Shown piece after piece: positions 26,334 to 46,900 of a stretch of DNA of 64,000 nucleotides. The notes beneath the pieces are model-generated. The model saw only the letters and a list, made by a program, of their open reading frames with translations. It had not been told where the DNA came from and made no database searches. Every line of letters begins with the position of its first letter. Within the stretch, counting starts at the first letter, position 1. The DNA comes from Dimorphilus gyrociliatus (taxonomy: Eukaryota > Animalia > Annelida). The DNA lies in NCBI GenBank assembly GCA_904063045.1, contig CAJFCJ010000008.1:372001-436000 (forward strand), read 5' to 3'. Position numbers and translations under genes: made by a program.

Positions 26334-26735
26334 ATGGACAAAAACAATATGGACGCCTGGAAAAATTTTTACGAATGTTTACCGTTAGATTTTGAGGCAA
26401 AGGACGTCTGTTGGAGGTTATGGTCGCTGGAAGCGGTTAGTGACACGGAGGCCGATCTTATATGTTCAGCTGCAACGCAAGAAGAACGCCGTTTAAACCT
26501 TATTGAAACGCTTTCAGCAAAGGACAAGGGAGTTGCCGCTGATTTTCTCTTAGCCCTTAGTAGGGCAAAAATGACCTCTGTCATAGATTTAATCGCCAAT
26601 CGCTATGAAAGTTTGAAGCACGTTAAGAAGGAAGGGGAGAATGAACCGAAAGGTGTCTACGAGAAACGTTATAGCCACGTTTATCCAGTTGTCATGGAAG
26701 CACTGAGGGACGTGATTCAGAAAATTAAAAACTAG
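26334..26735 (+). CDS. CARD-like death-fold domain ORF, probably the 5' part of a CARD+DD adaptor
   Basis: ATG-initiated 133 aa with death-fold helical pattern: LWSLEAVSDTEADLICSAATQEERRLNLIETLSAKDKGVAADFLLALSRAK. Confidence 0.6.
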   Translation: MDKNNMDAWKNFYECLPLDFEAKDVCWRLWSLEAVSDTEADLICSAATQEERRLNLIETLSAKDKGVAADFLLALSRAKMTSVIDLIANRYESLKHVKKEGENEPKGVYEKRYSHVYPVVMEALRDVIQKIKN

Positions 26736-27032
26736 TTAAATTTCAGGGTTCAACACATATAAAATATAAGTATAAATAAATATAAGGGCCTCATAAAACT
26801 AACGACGATACTGTGGTATGTCGAGCATGCGCTATGGAAAAAAAAGAACATGTCCGAAAGTCTAATAATTTTTTGCATAGTGTCTTTTTTTTAAAGAAAT
26901 TATAGCCTATTGGGTCCTTTATTTGGTTGGGGTGAACATATATAAGAATAATATATAGTCTTTTAAAAGCCGTACTTAAAATAGGTTTATAAATCAACAT
27001 TTTCTGAATCACAACCCTTCAAACTTATACAG

Positions 27033-27393
27033 ATGTAGCGAGGAAGAAGCAGTCCAAATAGCATGTCGACCAGTAACCAGCAAACACTATAAACTACAAC
27101 ATGCCATCGCAATGGAAATTTATAAAATCTACGGTGGGAAAAAGCTGAACGATTTAGGAGTGAAGAGCGGATTACCTAATGATCAGATAGAGAAGATACT
27201 CTCCTTTCAAGCTACTTCCGATTTGATGGGTATCGTAACTGCAAGGTACGGAGAGATACTTCGCCGCTGGCTTCAACAAATTATGAAGGGATTTGCTACG
27301 TTGTCTTCTGTTATCGATTTATTAAATGAAGTTGAAGTTGATATGGCCATCATTCATGACCCAATAAGACTCTTTGCTTTCAGAAGAACATGA
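27033..27393 (+). CDS. Death-domain-like exon/ORF
   Basis: Open frame after the acag acceptor at 27032: LNDLGVKSGLPNDQIEKI..YGEILRRWLQQ..GFATLSSVIDLLNEVE, a typical DD pattern (LG..L....I..I, LxxW, ATL..L..xL). Confidence 0.6.
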
Positions 27394-30300
27394 ATTGTTC
27401 GGCTTGCGAATTTTTAGGTCTGAAAATCATAAAGGGGAAACTTTAATGTTTTTCATTTTTGTATTCATAATAAGTCTATGGCAAATAATCATAAGTAATA
27501 TACGTCCTCGTATATTTTCTTACTTTCGCTATTTTCTTTTTTAAACCATAAAACAGATTGGTTTTCCCTTTTTTAAATTAGAATTAAAAATAGAGGGAAA
27601 TTATCTGAAAAGATGAGAGAGTTCCGATTATTTTGTGTGGTTTTATACATTTGTAAAAGATAAACGAGTAGGACAACTTCATTTCCGTGCGGCTATAAAG
27701 AAAAGGTGATTTTAACGACGTCGAGCGTTACTCAATGAGCCATTGGAATCGTAAATCAATCGCAACGTCGTAAAGCCTGCGGGAGAAGCGGAGCGACAAA
27801 AAAGAAAAGATTGAGTATACTATAGAACTTCGCACTGATTTATTTATCTTGTAGAGGGTTGTATAAAATATTTATACGAGTTATGCGAAAGCTAAGCTGG
27901 GTTCATTTGGGCCTAACTTAATTTAAAACGGCTGTCGCACGTGCACTGGACATAGCTAGACGCCCGCCGAGTAAAAATTGCTACATTGATAAAAGACACG
28001 CGCCTATCTAAGCTTCACGCGGCGTCTAAATGGCGTTTAAAACGCGACGTTTATGGGTTTGTTCGCGCGTCACTACGTTTTGAGTGGATCACCCGCCGAT
28101 CGGAGGTGCATTTACACTAGGCGACGAATCGCGTGCGTTTTTTTTCCGTATTTTACGTCTATACCATACTTCCTGCGTCAGAAATGATTACATTCCACCG
28201 AAAAAGAGCCCTCCACTATTGTTCCCTCCGTATGGAAGGAATTTGATTACTTCCAACTAAAAGTGAAACAAATTTGAAATGGGCCTAATGGGAAAAATTA
28301 CTCTCGATTCTAATCGATTTTTTTCTATGCTATTAACTTCAAAAAGTCTTTTATTTAAGTTTTTTTTTTTATATTTTACATATACAACATATCTAAGATT
28401 TCCAATTTACGATTTATACGTATATACACAGACTTGTTAAAAGCTATAAATAATCTTTTTTTTGTTGGCCTAAGTTAACTTTAAAAGATATATTTCTTTT
28501 CAGAATTGACACCTTAGAATAGAAAAGTCCTAGTTAGTATTGTCAATTGAAATAACTGGACACTTAAAGATTATACACCCGATACAATAATTCGATAATT
28601 CGATGGAAGCGAGCAAATTGTACAGCTTTTATAAATGTTATCTCCATCAAAGATCGTCCTTCCACCCCAATCGGCCTGTATGCCATCTTGTATTTCTTCT
28701 GACGCGAACTAGATCTTATCAGTCGAATCGCTTGTCATTTCTTCTCTTCTCGCTTTTGCTCGACATTATCTTGTTCATCTGTCGCGTAAAACCCCCTGTT
28801 GCACCTGCGAACGAAAAAGTGCCATATTGAGCGAGAGAAAGAATGAATGAACGACAGGAGATAGGAGGAAAAGTACAAAAAAGAATTTCCTCTTCATCGC
28901 TCATTCGTTACACCTTTTCCATCTATTCCTTTTTCCTCACCTTCATTGAAAACAGAGCAGTCGTTGTCCGCTAAAGAAACTTTTTCGAAAGCTTTTACGG
29001 TCTATCTACTTCCCTCTTTTTTATCTTTACAATACATAGAACAACGGTTAACTGTTATGGTTCATTTAGGTGTATGCGTATATTTAAAAATACGCCTAAA
29101 TATACAAATATAAATAGTACTTTCGATATATAAACTCTTAAGAACGTGTATGTAATATACATTGTATATTTGTAAGCGTGAACATACTTGAAAGTTTATT
29201 TAATTCGTTAATCTCTTAATACGTAATAGCTCTGGGCAAAAGTTGATTTTCAAAGCACTATTGCAGTTCGTATCATATTTATTTTTTCTATCCTATATCA
29301 GAGTATATGTAAACTTAAATAGAAGCTAAACGATTCATCTTCAATCGCATTCTTACATATTTGAAAAATATAGATGCGGGTATGGTTTAAAAAAGTGGAA
29401 TTTTCTGACTACATACCGACGCCGTATGACAATCAAAAAGATAGACGACGTCCCGACATATGGAGCGGCGTACGAAATTGATTAGAACGTATCCAATTAA
29501 GAGGATAGGGATGTAGATAAGGGAAATGATAAATAGAACTTTGGCTATTCGTCTCTGGAAGAATAACATAGATGTCCAATGGGGGTATCTAGGAAAAAAG
29601 AGATGAGGGTGTTAGAAAACCAAGGTTAGAAGGTAACCACACCCTTTCAACTGTCCCTGCCAGCAGGTTTCTCACAATATTTGCTCATTCACTCCTTCTT
29701 CTTAGTCTGGCGGGAGGGGCGGCCACTCGTCTCTTTCTTCTCTTTCCGGAACGAGTGGCACGGCGATTTGAATAACCTCTTTAATTCGTGACCTCTCTTC
29801 ATACTTTTTTTTCACTAGACTGTCACCTCTCCTCCCCTTTCCATCCCGTCTGGTTTGGCTGGTCAAGGAGTGTGTTTCTTAATTCAGAGAGGATAGAAAC
29901 TAGAGGCTTCCTCTATCATCCAAGATCATAATGAATAGGAAATAAAAGAAGGGGGAGGAACTATAATTTCTCGCTCTTCTCTTCGATTTCATTCTGCCTT
30001 CTTCCCTCCTCGGTCTGTACCCTATGTGACAGGCCGGGCGGTGATTAGCGGGCGTATCGGAGCGAAAAATAACAAACGGGGAGCTACATTGGCGAGTTGA
30101 ATGCCGACTCCGCATTCAAGCTGCGAAACACCAAAGTCGTAGCCCATTACGTGCCGGTTCAGAGAGCCGTTTTAATGAAGACGACCACGTGCGCCCTGCT
30201 CGCCGACGCGTTAAACTCACCTGTATTATACACTTACATATATATATATATTCAAAATGTCACGTGACTTCTCATAACCGTACTCCCTTTCCTTCAAAAC

Positions 30301-32054
30301 ATTTTTGACACTCATTCATAGATACAAAACTCTAAATTGATATTTATTTTAAGGCGAGTAAAAAAGAAAAGAAAGATATATATGAGGCTTAAGAATGTGA
30401 AGATACTAAGTGATATATGTGGGCTGGCGGCTTTTAAAAGTACATTTCGATTAAGATGTCGTTAAGACAGCGTTTATCTATTCCGCTCATACCCTCTTTG
30501 CCTCCTCAATTCCCGCTTTCTTCACCACCCATCGAGTATTAATCTTCGACATTTCATCAAAAACAGTAAAGTTGAAAACCTTTCTCGACGTGCTTTTAAC
30601 GCGTCCAAGAAAGAACCATAGTCAACTTGACGTACTTTCCCCGGGGAACGAAATGGTCCGATAATGAATCTTTAAGCATTCTCAAAAGCGTATAATAATA
30701 AAACGTTATCCATGAATCCATCGATGACCGCTGATTAGCGCATTTTACTCCAGATAAACTTTCCCTTTGCTGTTGATTTCACTTCTGCCCTTTACAGACG
30801 TAAAAAAAATTATTTTTTCTTCTCTAATCACAAAAGGATTTAGATTTATTGTGTATAATACTAATATAACTCGGAAGGACACCCTTGATAGATTGATTTT
30901 ATTCCTTACATTTGAAAGAACCCTACCCTACCCTTTTTGTATCATTCTACAGGTATAGAAAAAAGTTTAAACACTATAATGCTTTCCGTTTATTATCAAA
31001 TATATTTCGATTTTACATCATCCTACTTGTTAATTATTAGAACAATGGTATGTTTTACCAGCTATAAATAACTATTGAGAATTCATAAAATTTAATAAAG
31101 GTAATAGAACAATAGAATTCTTTTAATTAGAGATATTCTTCTACGTTTAGCAAGTTCTGAGGAGTGTGCACAGCATATAGTCCCCAAGGAATGAATACAC
31201 CTGGCCTCATAAGAAAATAAGAAAGCATTATACCAATGATCTAATAATAAGAGTTTAGCATTATAAAACCATTTTATCCTTACCGGCTCGCGGTTTATAG
31301 GTCTAATACAGCTTTGGGCCGAATTAGTAACTTTCATATTCGACGCCTTATGTTCTGGCATGCGGAATGACCCAAACAACTTAACCTTCTTCAATCGTCG
31401 CTTATTTTTTTGTTAAAAAAAAATACCCTCCTCTTGCCCGCGACATTTACTTTATAGGCCTATTTATCTCCTCTTGCTCTATCAAACCGTTCGATCTCGT
31501 CATTCGACAAATTCCTTAGCACCTTTACGCATTGAAATTACTCTCGCTTATCTCGATGAGAATCTGAACGCCTAAAATATTTCATTTTCAACTTACAACT
31601 CTGCTAATCACTTGTTTGTTCGCCTTGTGGATTTTAGAAGCGATTCTTATCAATGCTAATCCGTCTAAGCCGAGAAAATCTTTACTCAGGCTACGTTTTG
31701 CAGTTTTCGTAAAGTAGAATGTGTATTTCTCAGTAGGGTGTCTCCTACTTGACCTGCTTCTGCTAGTGGCAGCTCGCTAAATGCCTTACCTTTTAGCCTA
31801 TAAGAACTGATAGACTTATATATTTCAAAACAAATTTTTTCACTGTATTCAAAAAGACACATAAATAATAAATATACACTTTATACATATACAATTAACA
31901 TGTAATATATAGCAAAAGATTTACCCCTGCACAAGGGACGTTCTGAAATAACAAACAAAAAAATGACTATTCGCGTACCCCTAGATCCGCTCTTAATTAG
32001 TGCTTGGCAGTAGTTTTCAAAAGGCGCCGCCTTTTATAATGCAGAACAAAAACA

Positions 32055-38626
<6,572 letters not shown>

Positions 38627-41600
38627 GCCTGCAGAGTTCTCTCAGTATGTATCACCGTCAAACACAATTCTTGTTCTGGCAATCTCTTCCACACTTCACT
38701 TCTCAATGCTGACAGTAAGCGGTCCCTCTAGCTGTGGGTTAATAGACTCCGCCTATTAACTGCGCGGCAACGCTGATTGGTTGAAAGGCGGAGCGTTTAG
38801 CCTGTCAGCGTTAAGGATAGAGCGAGTATATTTTTTCTCAAACTTCTTTGAGAAACTTGCTTAATTAAAGAGAGAATTGTCTTTTTTTTGACCCTCTTCA
38901 CCCGAATGGGCACTTTACCCTCAATGTCTTTTTTTTTTATAAGATCTAAGCGCTATTAATTTTTACAAATAAGCCAACTGAAAATTCCCCTTAATATTTT
39001 CATTATATGTTACAAGATATTTTTAGCGCATTTGAAGAGGAAAAAGTTTCGTGCCGCCTTATTTTCCGCCTGTAAACCAGAAACTGGCTTAATTAAAGAT
39101 GCAATTGTTTTCCGAACGAACCCCGTGACGTCCCTGGTTTCACTGTCTGTCATTTACTAGCAAACTAATTGATGTCATTGTTCTACCACCGAGAACTCTC
39201 TAATCTTTGTACTTGTTGTTCTTGAAAATTACAATTAATTAAGCTTTACAAGTTTAAAACAGAATGTTTCGCGGCGAAATTAGCCGGCCTCCCCCGGTTC
39301 GGCTTTAGCCCTATAAAATTCCTCTCTCTATATATATTCCGCCATACAGAAAACTTTGATTATACGTCTCGAAGATCTTAATGATTCGGAAGCCCCCCGA
39401 AAAAATTACAGGCTTCTTCAATAACCTTTTTACGCGAGTTGGCAAGCATTCGAAACGTTCAGGCATTAATAACTGAAGCATGATGTCTCATCTCGAGGGA
39501 TTTGCTGGAGGAAGGCGTATATCTTTTGGCTTTTCCGCCTATTTGACATTTTCGATGTGATTAATAGTTAAAATGTATTTACAACTATAAATATAATCGT
39601 CATCCAGATATCCGCACTAGAACTCTTAAGGGAATTATGTTCTGGGAGGGATAGGAATCGTTGAGTAGGCCTACGGTGTCGAATGAATTTAAAACGGCGG
39701 ACATCTGGCCTCGGAAACGAATTTCAGATAAGCTCGATAAAAGGATAAGAAATTGGCTAAGATAGAATGGAAAGTGAAAGTTATCGATTGGTCATCTGAT
39801 CCGCACTCGTCGGTTGAAATGAGTATATCCGCTCGTTGGAAAATGATGAGATAAGATTGAAGAACACGTGTCCTCCTCGTATGTGTCCTTCTCCTTTTCC
39901 GCCGTTATTTAAACCTACAAACAATACACTAACTGATTTTCCGATTATCCAATAAATCAGGGTACATTTTTCCATCACTACTCCTTAATTTCTCGATCGA
40001 TAAGAATTTGATAATTATATCTATTAACTTTATCTTCAGGTTAAAACTATTTCCATCAGTATTTAAGGAAAGTTTAAGAATATTTGAAAAAAGAAATATT
40101 TACATAAAAAACACAAAACTCATTTGGAAAAAGGCGTTGACATTGACGTTTCCTTCAAACTTTGGATGCAATTAATAACCGTTTTCCCTTACATTTCTCA
40201 CTCTTTCGTGCTAAATAACCGCCATTCGGTAATTATAATTTACACCTTGCTTTAATTTTACGCCGTTTATCGTCTAATCGAACCAAAATGTTTTTACGTT
40301 CTTAATAAACACAAACACAGCTGTCCAATATTAATTTGTACTATAAGACTTCGTAGAAAGAACGGAAGAAAAGCAAACAAAAAATGGGCGTCGAACTGTC
40401 ATTAAGTGTTCGCGTCCAGCAGCGACGCGGACCATTAAAGGAAATCTCAAAATAAGCTCAACGAGAAAACAAAATATATGTCGCAGTAGGACTATATACA
40501 CATCAAGTGTATGAAAAATAGATGACTTCGGACAGAGTGGTTTAATATAGAGAACTAATAGGATCATATAAAGATAAAAACTTTTCAAGTGTTGTCCCTC
40601 TTAAAAATTTCGGATGACTGTTACTTCTATAAATAGTGGGCGATGTAAAATGTTGCGGATAATATGCCTCTAGCAGTGCTCACGCCTAATTAACCATCAT
40701 AAGAAGCCCTTCAAGCGCGATGGCACACAATTATGCATTGAAATCTCCGCTCTTTCTATATATTCACAATGAAACCGAGTTGGTGAATACAGATAGGATA
40801 GAAACTTATAATATTTACTTTTGTGTAAAATCGATTGTTTCGAGTATACGACAGGGGGCGCTTTGTATAACGGCCTAAAGCCGTTTAATTGAGTTTCAAG
40901 TGGGTATATACCCCTATATATACAATAAATATATATAAGATATGTCTTAAATATTATATAAATATACAATATGCATAATATAAAAGAGTAAAGATATTAT
41001 TATATTTAAAGAAACTCTTGTGGTCCATTTATATTTAATGGTTTAAATATATATCAACGAATTTTTTCATTCATAGAAAGTGATGTCGTAATAGGAAACT
41101 GAACGTGATAGATGGTTTAATATTTCCGCTTATGTAACAGCTCATAAAAATAGAAAAAACCCTCTTTTCCTTATTATTCCTTAATACATAATATTAAAAA
41201 GATCCCTCTCCCCCCTACCTTCCTCTCTCTCTCTCTCTCTGTCTCTGCCTGTCCTTTCCTCATTTAATTGTATTTTTTTTCTCTTTATTCCAAAGTCTTT
41301 GTTTAGGAAAATTGTTTTTTTTTTCATTTCACATCCAGAAATATTAAAAAACATATGGCCAGAAGCAAACTTAATTAGATAACAGTACATAATAGATGTA
41401 AACTATTTGACTAGCTTATTTGTCAAATTAAATCTAGTTAAACACGTAAACAATAGGAGGCGGTTGGTCGTCTAATCGATTACCTAATTTGTATACATAA
41501 ACGCGATATATCAGCGTTCTCTGCAAGTTTCTATTAAAGTGGGTAATATGGAAATATCAATTGTCTATTAAACATTCCCTATCAAAGTGAGTAATCGGCG

Positions 41601-43851
41601 TGGAGTGAGGGAAAAAGCAAAACATATTTACACAACGTAATTACGCGCACGTGTTCATTAAAACGTATGTAATTCAAACATATAGCCGAGAGGAGAACTA
41701 GTTTTATATAAAATTGTAATACACAATGTCGCCTGCGGTTATCACTTGACCAAAAATTTTCACGTGATTCAATCGCTTACAAATGTACAGGTATTGAGGG
41801 AAAAAAGACTAATGATGAACACCTGTATGGGTCACGTGACTAGATGGAATCACGTGCAGATCAAATTTCTTTCCGACCACTAAAAGTTACACAAACTGCG
41901 TATTATATTGAAATGAGGATCACGCACGAAAGCCGAAAATTAAACAATTTATAAACTGTATTGTAATATATTTACTGTTTATTTTGATCAGGTCTGCTAT
42001 TCAGGAAATCCTCGGGGAACGTGTAACTTTTCAGGGATTATTATTGTATTAATATATAAAGATATATCGATATATGCTAGATTTGTATTTTGTTAAAATA
42101 ATTGTGCATTCAGCAGATTTAGATGTGAGGAAAATATAGAAAGAAAAGGAGAAATTGAGAAGGATAGAGAGAAAATGGGGGCGGCAACTTTTACGATATT
42201 GTATTCGTATCCGCTCGACCGATTTTTAACGTTGCAGCTGTTCTACGCTTTCTAAATCTCACGTTGTTATGTGCACATTAGATTGAAAATTGAACACATT
42301 AGTCGTAAACGTAACGTTGCGCCCGCCGGCACAACGGCCCTTGTTAAAGGCGATTTCCTTATCAAGATAAAATCATAGATAGACGATGCATAATAGAGCT
42401 CAAGGTGCGAAATAGTACCGCTCTGTCGGAATTGATTTGATTTATTGCGTTGCGCAGTTGATCGATTCGCTATACGATCAACTAATGGAGATTTTAATGT
42501 TTACAATATATCTATTTTTCTCCTTTTCCTTCTACAAGAGTAAATTTCCTTTCTTGTCAAACTTTTCAAATTTTCCCTCCATTTAAAAGTACGTGATCAA
42601 TTTTCCATTGAGTGATGAGGATGCTTTATTTAATAGAGTAAGGTCTGATACTTGCTGAAAATGACCACACAACAAGAAGGACGAACATTGGGAAACAGCC
42701 TGTGGCCGTTCAACCGAGCTTGAACGACTCGCTGCGTTAATTGACCTACTTCGACGCCAACCATAGAGACTTCATTCACAAACGGCTCGTTCGCTAGATT
42801 GAGAAGGGAAGGTGACTGGGACCTCCGACCGATGCCGAACGCTTAGAAAAGGGCAGGGCATGCGAGTTAGCCCTGTTGGAATTGCGTCAGTGGGCGGTTA
42901 AGGCGGTCTAGGTGGGTGGAGGTGTTAGATCGGTTGGGCGGGGAAGAAGAACTTTCCAAGCTATAGTTATTGACTGTAAATATTGCGACATCTAGCGGTC
43001 TTGCTATTCTCAGCTTATTAGCTACTCTACACGCTGGACAAAAATACATTATCAAGAGAAGAAAAGAACTACTAGGCCAAAAACACATATCCAGTTTCAC
43101 TCAAATTAAATTTGTTCTGGCTATCTATACCTAAAGATAGTGTTTATTCTAGAATATCTTTATTTATACATATGTGCATACGAAAAGCACTCTCGAAGCT
43201 GTATGACGCTGTCATAACAAATGGACGCTTCGTGTAAAGCATTTAGACGCTTTACGTGACGCCTGCTTATATAGGGATTCCTCGTTTTGGGATTCAAGCA
43301 AAAAAAAGCCTTGAAAAAGAAAGGGTCTGAGATAAGATCAACTGTTTATAAAGCCTAATAAGGGATATAAAGTTTTTTTTTAAATCTTATCTGATCAAAT
43401 TTGTATGGAGAGAAGCTAGGAAAGAAGTGGAACGTGCGCTCTCTCTTCGTGACGTCATTATCTGATAACGGAACTCGCGAAAATGATTCGGTCGCAGAGC
43501 CGCGTGCGCTGAGAGAGAGCGTTAATTAGCGAAGGAAATTCGCCTACCTTTGATTGCCCACTTCAAAGAGAATTACCGCAATTTCACACTACCGTGCGGA
43601 AGTCGAGCAGTAATGAAAGGGACAAACAATCACCAGGTACCATAATGTACTAATCAATGCTTTATTTATAGTCGTTAGTCCTAAGTTTACTTCATATTCC
43701 AGTTTGTCAATAGCTCTATTGCAAGTTCAAAAGTTTGATGAAATTTTCGATGGTATTATTGATTTTAGGTATTTCATCAATAAACTATTCTCTCCTAAGC
43801 AGCTATGATGAAAGTAAAGAGAATCAGGGCAAAAGAGAGAGGGGTATACGG

Positions 43852-43876
43852 AAGGAGAGAGAGAGAGAGAGAGAAG

Positions 43877-43921
<45 letters not shown>

Positions 43922-43922
43922 A
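43852..43922. repeat. (GA)n/(GAAA)n compound microsatellite
   Basis: GAGAGAGA followed by AAGAAAGAAAGA runs. Confidence 0.85.
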
Positions 43923-46900
43923 ACAGACACAGGTAGAGAGGGACAGAAAGACAATTGTTAGTATCCACATATTTATGGTTTATATTTAGCCTTTTGGAAA
44001 GTATTGTAAAATAAGATGGAATAAACGCTGTAAACTTTAATTAGTATTTGCTGACCAACTTTCCCACATCTCGGTTAATAGATTAATAACATTGAAATTT
44101 TAATAGCTTAATTAGATGCGCGAACTACACACCTTCGCTTGATTAAAAGAAGTAACTCAGTTGTTGTGGCTAAAGAAGAGCACTTGAGGAGGCGATTGCT
44201 TACCAAACAGCACAACCCCTTGAAAGACTCCCTCAAGGCGTCCCCCCCATGTTTCTTTCCTAATCCTCTTTCATCGAACCGCCACCGAACCTCAGCGCGA
44301 AATCCCGAAAAGGTAAATTGATATTCTTAATTAACCGCTAAACCAAAAGTCTACGTCATAGAGAGATAGAGGCAATTAGGAAAACAAGCTCCGCCTTTTC
44401 TAACCTTTGACATTGGGTTTTTTATGCGCATGCGTAAATCTGCATCTTTGTTTTTTTTTAGGAATAGTATATACAATATAGATGTATATATTTGATATAA
44501 TACTGCAACTTGTTACTCTTTATGTTAATTTCTGTAAGAAAGCTATGGAAAAGTTTCTGCATATTGCAGAATAAATAGAAAGTCGGCTTTACTTTGTTTT
44601 GGAGAGCTGAAAAGTAGATTAATGAGAAAAGGAACGATTTTTAGTTACTCTTGTGATTCAGAATCTCAATTTATACGTATCAACGTAGCTAAAGTTATTG
44701 AAATTGAAATAAAAGCAACGAATTAAGTGATGAAACACTCGAATAGACGGCGGGAGGTGGTCATATTGCTCCACCGTACTGAATTATTCATGAGTTTAAT
44801 CGTGCCACTTCGAGAAAAGTCTTTTCGACGCTTATTGAGCGTCGATTGAGGAAAGTTATTAGCGACGCCCACTATTTAGTTTGTTTGGGGAACGTGCGTG
44901 TACAAAACGCTATTAGGGAGGGAAAAAGATACAGAATTTCACGCTGTATTAATGAGGTTCGAGTATACGGCTGACACTTTACGCTCTACCGAGTTACGAG
45001 TAGAGGACGAGTAAGCGGAGAGTTCTTTCAGGAAGCGTCCATCAAATCATTTACTTTTGAACACGCGTGCTCTTAATGGAGCAAAAATTATTAGAGAGCT
45101 GAAGGATGCAAAACTATAGAGTGGCAGGAAAAAGTTTGTAAATTTTGTTTCATCAAACTCAATTCAGTACGACAAACGAATACAAACCCTGTCACGCGTG
45201 TACATGTATGTCTATGACATTTCATTAAAGGCTATTGTAGTCATAGAAACAGTTTGGTAAAGTATTGCGTGAAGTGTTGCGAGATTTGGAGAGCAAGTAG
45301 GAGATTAGAGCGTTCGAACAATGTAGACTAAGTGGAGGACCGCTGAGAAAAACTCTGCTGAAATTATACGGGAGGGTTCCTATAAAAATAGTTCGATTTG
45401 TTTGTCCAGTTTGCGAGCGACTGACAGACGTTCTTATTTTCCTATTCTTATTCAAACTGGGGTCGTCAGCAAGACGTCATTATCGTTAACCGCTGCTATT
45501 ATTCGCGCTACTAGACGGCCGAATGTCCCGTAGAGACGCTCTGCAAGACGTACGGACAGTTCTAAAATCATCGCGACGTCGCTTTTAAATGCTAAATCCG
45601 ACCTCTGACCCTCAGACTCATTCACAAAGCAACTGTTGAACGTTTCTCTTTAACAGCACCCTCTCTTCTTTATTCATAATTGGTTCTAAGCTTTAAGGGG
45701 GGAGGAAGGAATTAAGATGCTTAATTCGGTTGTCTGAGTATTGAAATGCGGGGGGTCAAGATATGGACAAAAATTTTATAACTCAATTATCTGTTGTAAG
45801 AATCTAGAAAGTCAGTCATAAAAAAAAGAAAAAAGGAAAAAAAATCTTTTAGTCTTTGCAGTTTTTTTTTAATTAAAAGCATTCGTCAACCAACTGTAAA
45901 TTATGTTCCCCCCCGTTTCTCTTTCCTTCCTTCCTCCTTCCATTCATTTATTCATTTATTTATTCTTTCTTTCTTTCTTTATTTACTCAATTCGTCATTC
46001 GCGTTAGTTGTTATTAAATAAGGGGAAGGTATATGTAAATTTATAAAATATATAATATATATACCAAAATATAGTTGTATATTCCGAGTAAATCTATATA
46101 ATTTAAATGAATATTTCATTTTTTTTCAATGAGAATTTGATCATCAATATAAAGCTGTCATCGTGCAACCCTTGTAACCGGTCATTTTGCTGAAATGTAT
46201 CAAAGCTACGTTGACGTTTCATTACAGTTGACAATAAACTTTTTCGCGCCAAATTGTCCTTTCAAAGACGACAACTTATGAATTATGTGCGAAAAGCGGT
46301 CAATTCACGTAAATCAGTGCGCCGGACCACTCGTCGGAAAGATAAACTAGGTCAAATTGGCGGCAAAGACTTCAAAGTAATTCACACCTGTTTCAATAAA
46401 TGATGTTAATTTATGGGGTTGTTCGAGTGCTTACATTTCGATGAGTCCGTGACGTCATACACGCATATAGTTTTGTTTGATGACGTCACTAATTGAAGAG
46501 AACTGAATTTTGGCCGTTGGGTAAAATATTTCGAAAATATTACGCATGTACAGCGTCCAATTTCGAACTTGTCAAAAACAGAAGGAAAGTCACTCAAATA
46601 GTGACGTAATTTCGCGCCGTGGTGACGTCACAGAGCGGAACAGACAGCGTAAACAGACGTTGGGTATAGAGAATTCTAAATTGAACTAATTTCGTTATAT
46701 GTCTGAAAAAAAATGAGTGGAAGTGTTAAAGGAAGAACGCATCTGTTCCCTTCCCCCATCCTTATCAAAGTAGCTCCGTCGACGACCGTGAAATTAATCG
46801 TATTACGAAAATATATGCGGTTCACCCTCGAGCAACGATTCGTCAAGTTGAAGAGAAAAAGCGATAAAATAGAACGTCAAATTCACACTGTGTAGTTTAA

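Noticed and set aside
29722-30119. Short perfect hairpins (GCCACTCGT/ACGAGTGGC; TTGAATGC/GCATTCAA)
   Set aside because: 8-9 bp stems are expected occasionally in 64 kb and are too short for pre-miRNAs.
41836-41853. TGACTAGAT resembling the miR-279 5' end
   Set aside because: Similarity stops after 9 nt, no hairpin partner is visible, and it overlaps an E-box pair.
42612-42648. GTGATGA...CTGA C/D box pair
   Set aside because: Only ~35 nt apart, not intronic, with no terminal stem or recognisable guide.
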